The notes under the pieces: model-generated | What the model was told of the DNA's origin: nothing | What the model saw: only the letters and a program-made list of their open reading frames with translations | Database searches by the model: none | DNA from: Candidatus Micrarchaeaceae archaeon | GTDB taxonomy: Archaea > Micrarchaeota > Micrarchaeia > Micrarchaeales > Micrarchaeaceae | Assembly: GCA_050013715.1 (NCBI GenBank) | Contig: JBEKES010000004.1 | Coordinates: 1 to 38,314, forward strand | DNA length: 38,314 nt | Reading direction: 5' to 3' | Translations under genes and position numbers: made by a program | Shown: one piece after another, positions 37,364 to 38,314 of the stretch | Position numbering within the stretch: position 1 is the stretch's first letter | Layout of the letters: each line of letters begins with the position of its first letter

Positions 37364-38314
37364 ATGGACAGGAAGGTTACACTGATAGCTGTTGGATTGG
37401 CGCTTCTTATCTATTCCTATCTTAGATTCTTCAACGGGTTGTATTACCTTTCATTAATTCCATTGATATCAATGCTAGTTGCGGCTCTTGCAGCAGCTAT
37501 GCTGTTCTTCTTTGCATACCATATCGAGAACAAAAAAACCAAGCCCAAGAAATCAGACATTAAAATCAATCTCTATTTTGTTGCTTGTATAATGCTGTTC
37601 TTTATACTGATAATCTTTCAAGTTGTTGGGATTGCCGCAATAGCCTCTGTAGTGGGTTTGTATCTGCTTGGAAAATTTGCAAAGAATAAGGAAAAGCGCA
37701 AACTTTACGCTTTGGTTGCAATCGGATTGATAATAACAACTGCCGCAACTGTTGCAATTCTTGCAACTGGACTAAAATTCCTAGGTTCCGATGAAACTGT
37801 ATATAATTATTACTCTGCCTATCTGCTTATCCACGGTGCAAATCCTTACACTTCAAGCATGCAGCCTGCACTTTCAATGTATGGGCATTCAAGGACCATA
37901 CTGTTGAACGGGTCCTATGAATACAAGTACAACTATCCGGCATTGAGCATACTTCCAGTGCTTCCTCTGCCATTCTTAACGCCTTTTAATAATCTGAACT
38001 TCCTTTATTTCGAGCCCTATGTTGTGTTTCTTTCGCTGCTTGCCTCTTTCATTATATACAGGAAATCGAACTACAACAAAAACGTTCTTCTATTGATAGT
38101 GATATGGCTTTTTGCATCCTATGCTGCTGTTGTAACAATTGACCAATACCTTTCAGTTGCTCTTCTTCTTTTGATCGCATATCTGGAAAGGAAGAATACA
38201 TTACTGTCTGCCATTCTTCTCGGATTGGCGGCAAGCACCATACAATTATCGTGGTTTGCAATACCTTTCTTCTACATTTTGACACTAAGGGAGCAGGGCA
38301 AGCGCAAAATGCTG
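37364..38314 (+). CDS. GT-C (GT87-like) membrane glycosyltransferase, 3' truncated by the window edge
   Basis: Not in the ORF track because there is no stop in the window. Translated by hand from ATG 37364: MDRKVTLIAVGL..., multiple TM segments, GSDETVYNYYSAYLLIHGANPY, YNYPALS, LLGLAASTIQLSW. Confidence 0.7.
   Translation, partial: MDRKVTLIAVGLALLIYSYLRFFNGLYYLSLIPLISMLVAALAAAMLFFFAYHIENKKTKPKKSDIKINLYFVACIMLFFILIIFQVVGIAAIASVVGLYLLGKFAKNKEKRKLYALVAIGLIITTAATVAILATGLKFLGSDETVYNYYSAYLLIHGANPYTSSMQPALSMYGHSRTILLNGSYEYKYNYPALSILPVLPLPFLTPFNNLNFLYFEPYVVFLSLLASFIIYRKSNYNKNVLLLIVIWLFASYAAVVTIDQYLSVALLLLIAYLERKNTLLSAILLGLAASTIQLSWFAIPFFYILTLREQGKRKML

Noticed and set aside
782..38285. The many 60-137 aa ORFs nested in or antisense to long genes (e.g. 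9824..10147, 14487..14831, 34903..35316, 38052..38285)
   Set aside because: They are shadow frames of motif-supported genes, with no motifs or independent signals.
1..38314. CRISPR array, IS element, integrase, provirus or rRNA
   Set aside because: No regularly spaced repeats, terminal inverted repeats, recombinase or capsid motifs, or rRNA-like sequence were seen by eye.

Overview
Gene-dense, AT-rich archaeal chromosome segment, most consistent with a DPANN archaeon such as Micrarchaeota. This is inferred from aRF1, an AglB-like oligosaccharyltransferase, a Methanococcus/Thermococcus-type S-layer protein, an archaeal ThrRS editing domain, TATA boxes and GGTG ribosome-binding sites; it is not proven. 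1-13.2 kb is a sugar-modification cluster: 2 FkbM methyltransferases, 2 cytoplasmic alkaline-phosphatase-superfamily enzymes, 2 FemAB-like GNATs, a DegT aminotransferase plus a shortened DegT homolog, an NDP-sugar epimerase/dehydratase, a GT4, a PIG-L deacetylase, and a PAPS-reductase-fold protein lacking its reductase cysteines. It abuts aglB, which is divergent from the S-layer gene; two Cys-rich membrane proteins sharing a domain follow. Housekeeping genes come next (apt, aRF1, serS, tRNA-Leu(UAG), Nudix, APC permease, polyprenyl synthase). A second envelope cluster holds a radical SAM protein, GT2, two GT-C proteins and a carbamoyltransferase translationally coupled to a chimeric thrS. Best candidates for undescribed biology: (i) an S-layer glycan tailoring system combining putative non-canonical sulfation and tRNA-dependent aminoacylation, (ii) an S-layer-associated protein pair with a shared 4-Cys domain, (iii) probable AUA initiation at two genes, (iv) a radical SAM/carbamoyltransferase/GT-C pathway. 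No CRISPR array, transposase, integrase or rRNA was seen. All functional calls come from motif recognition by eye, not database searches.
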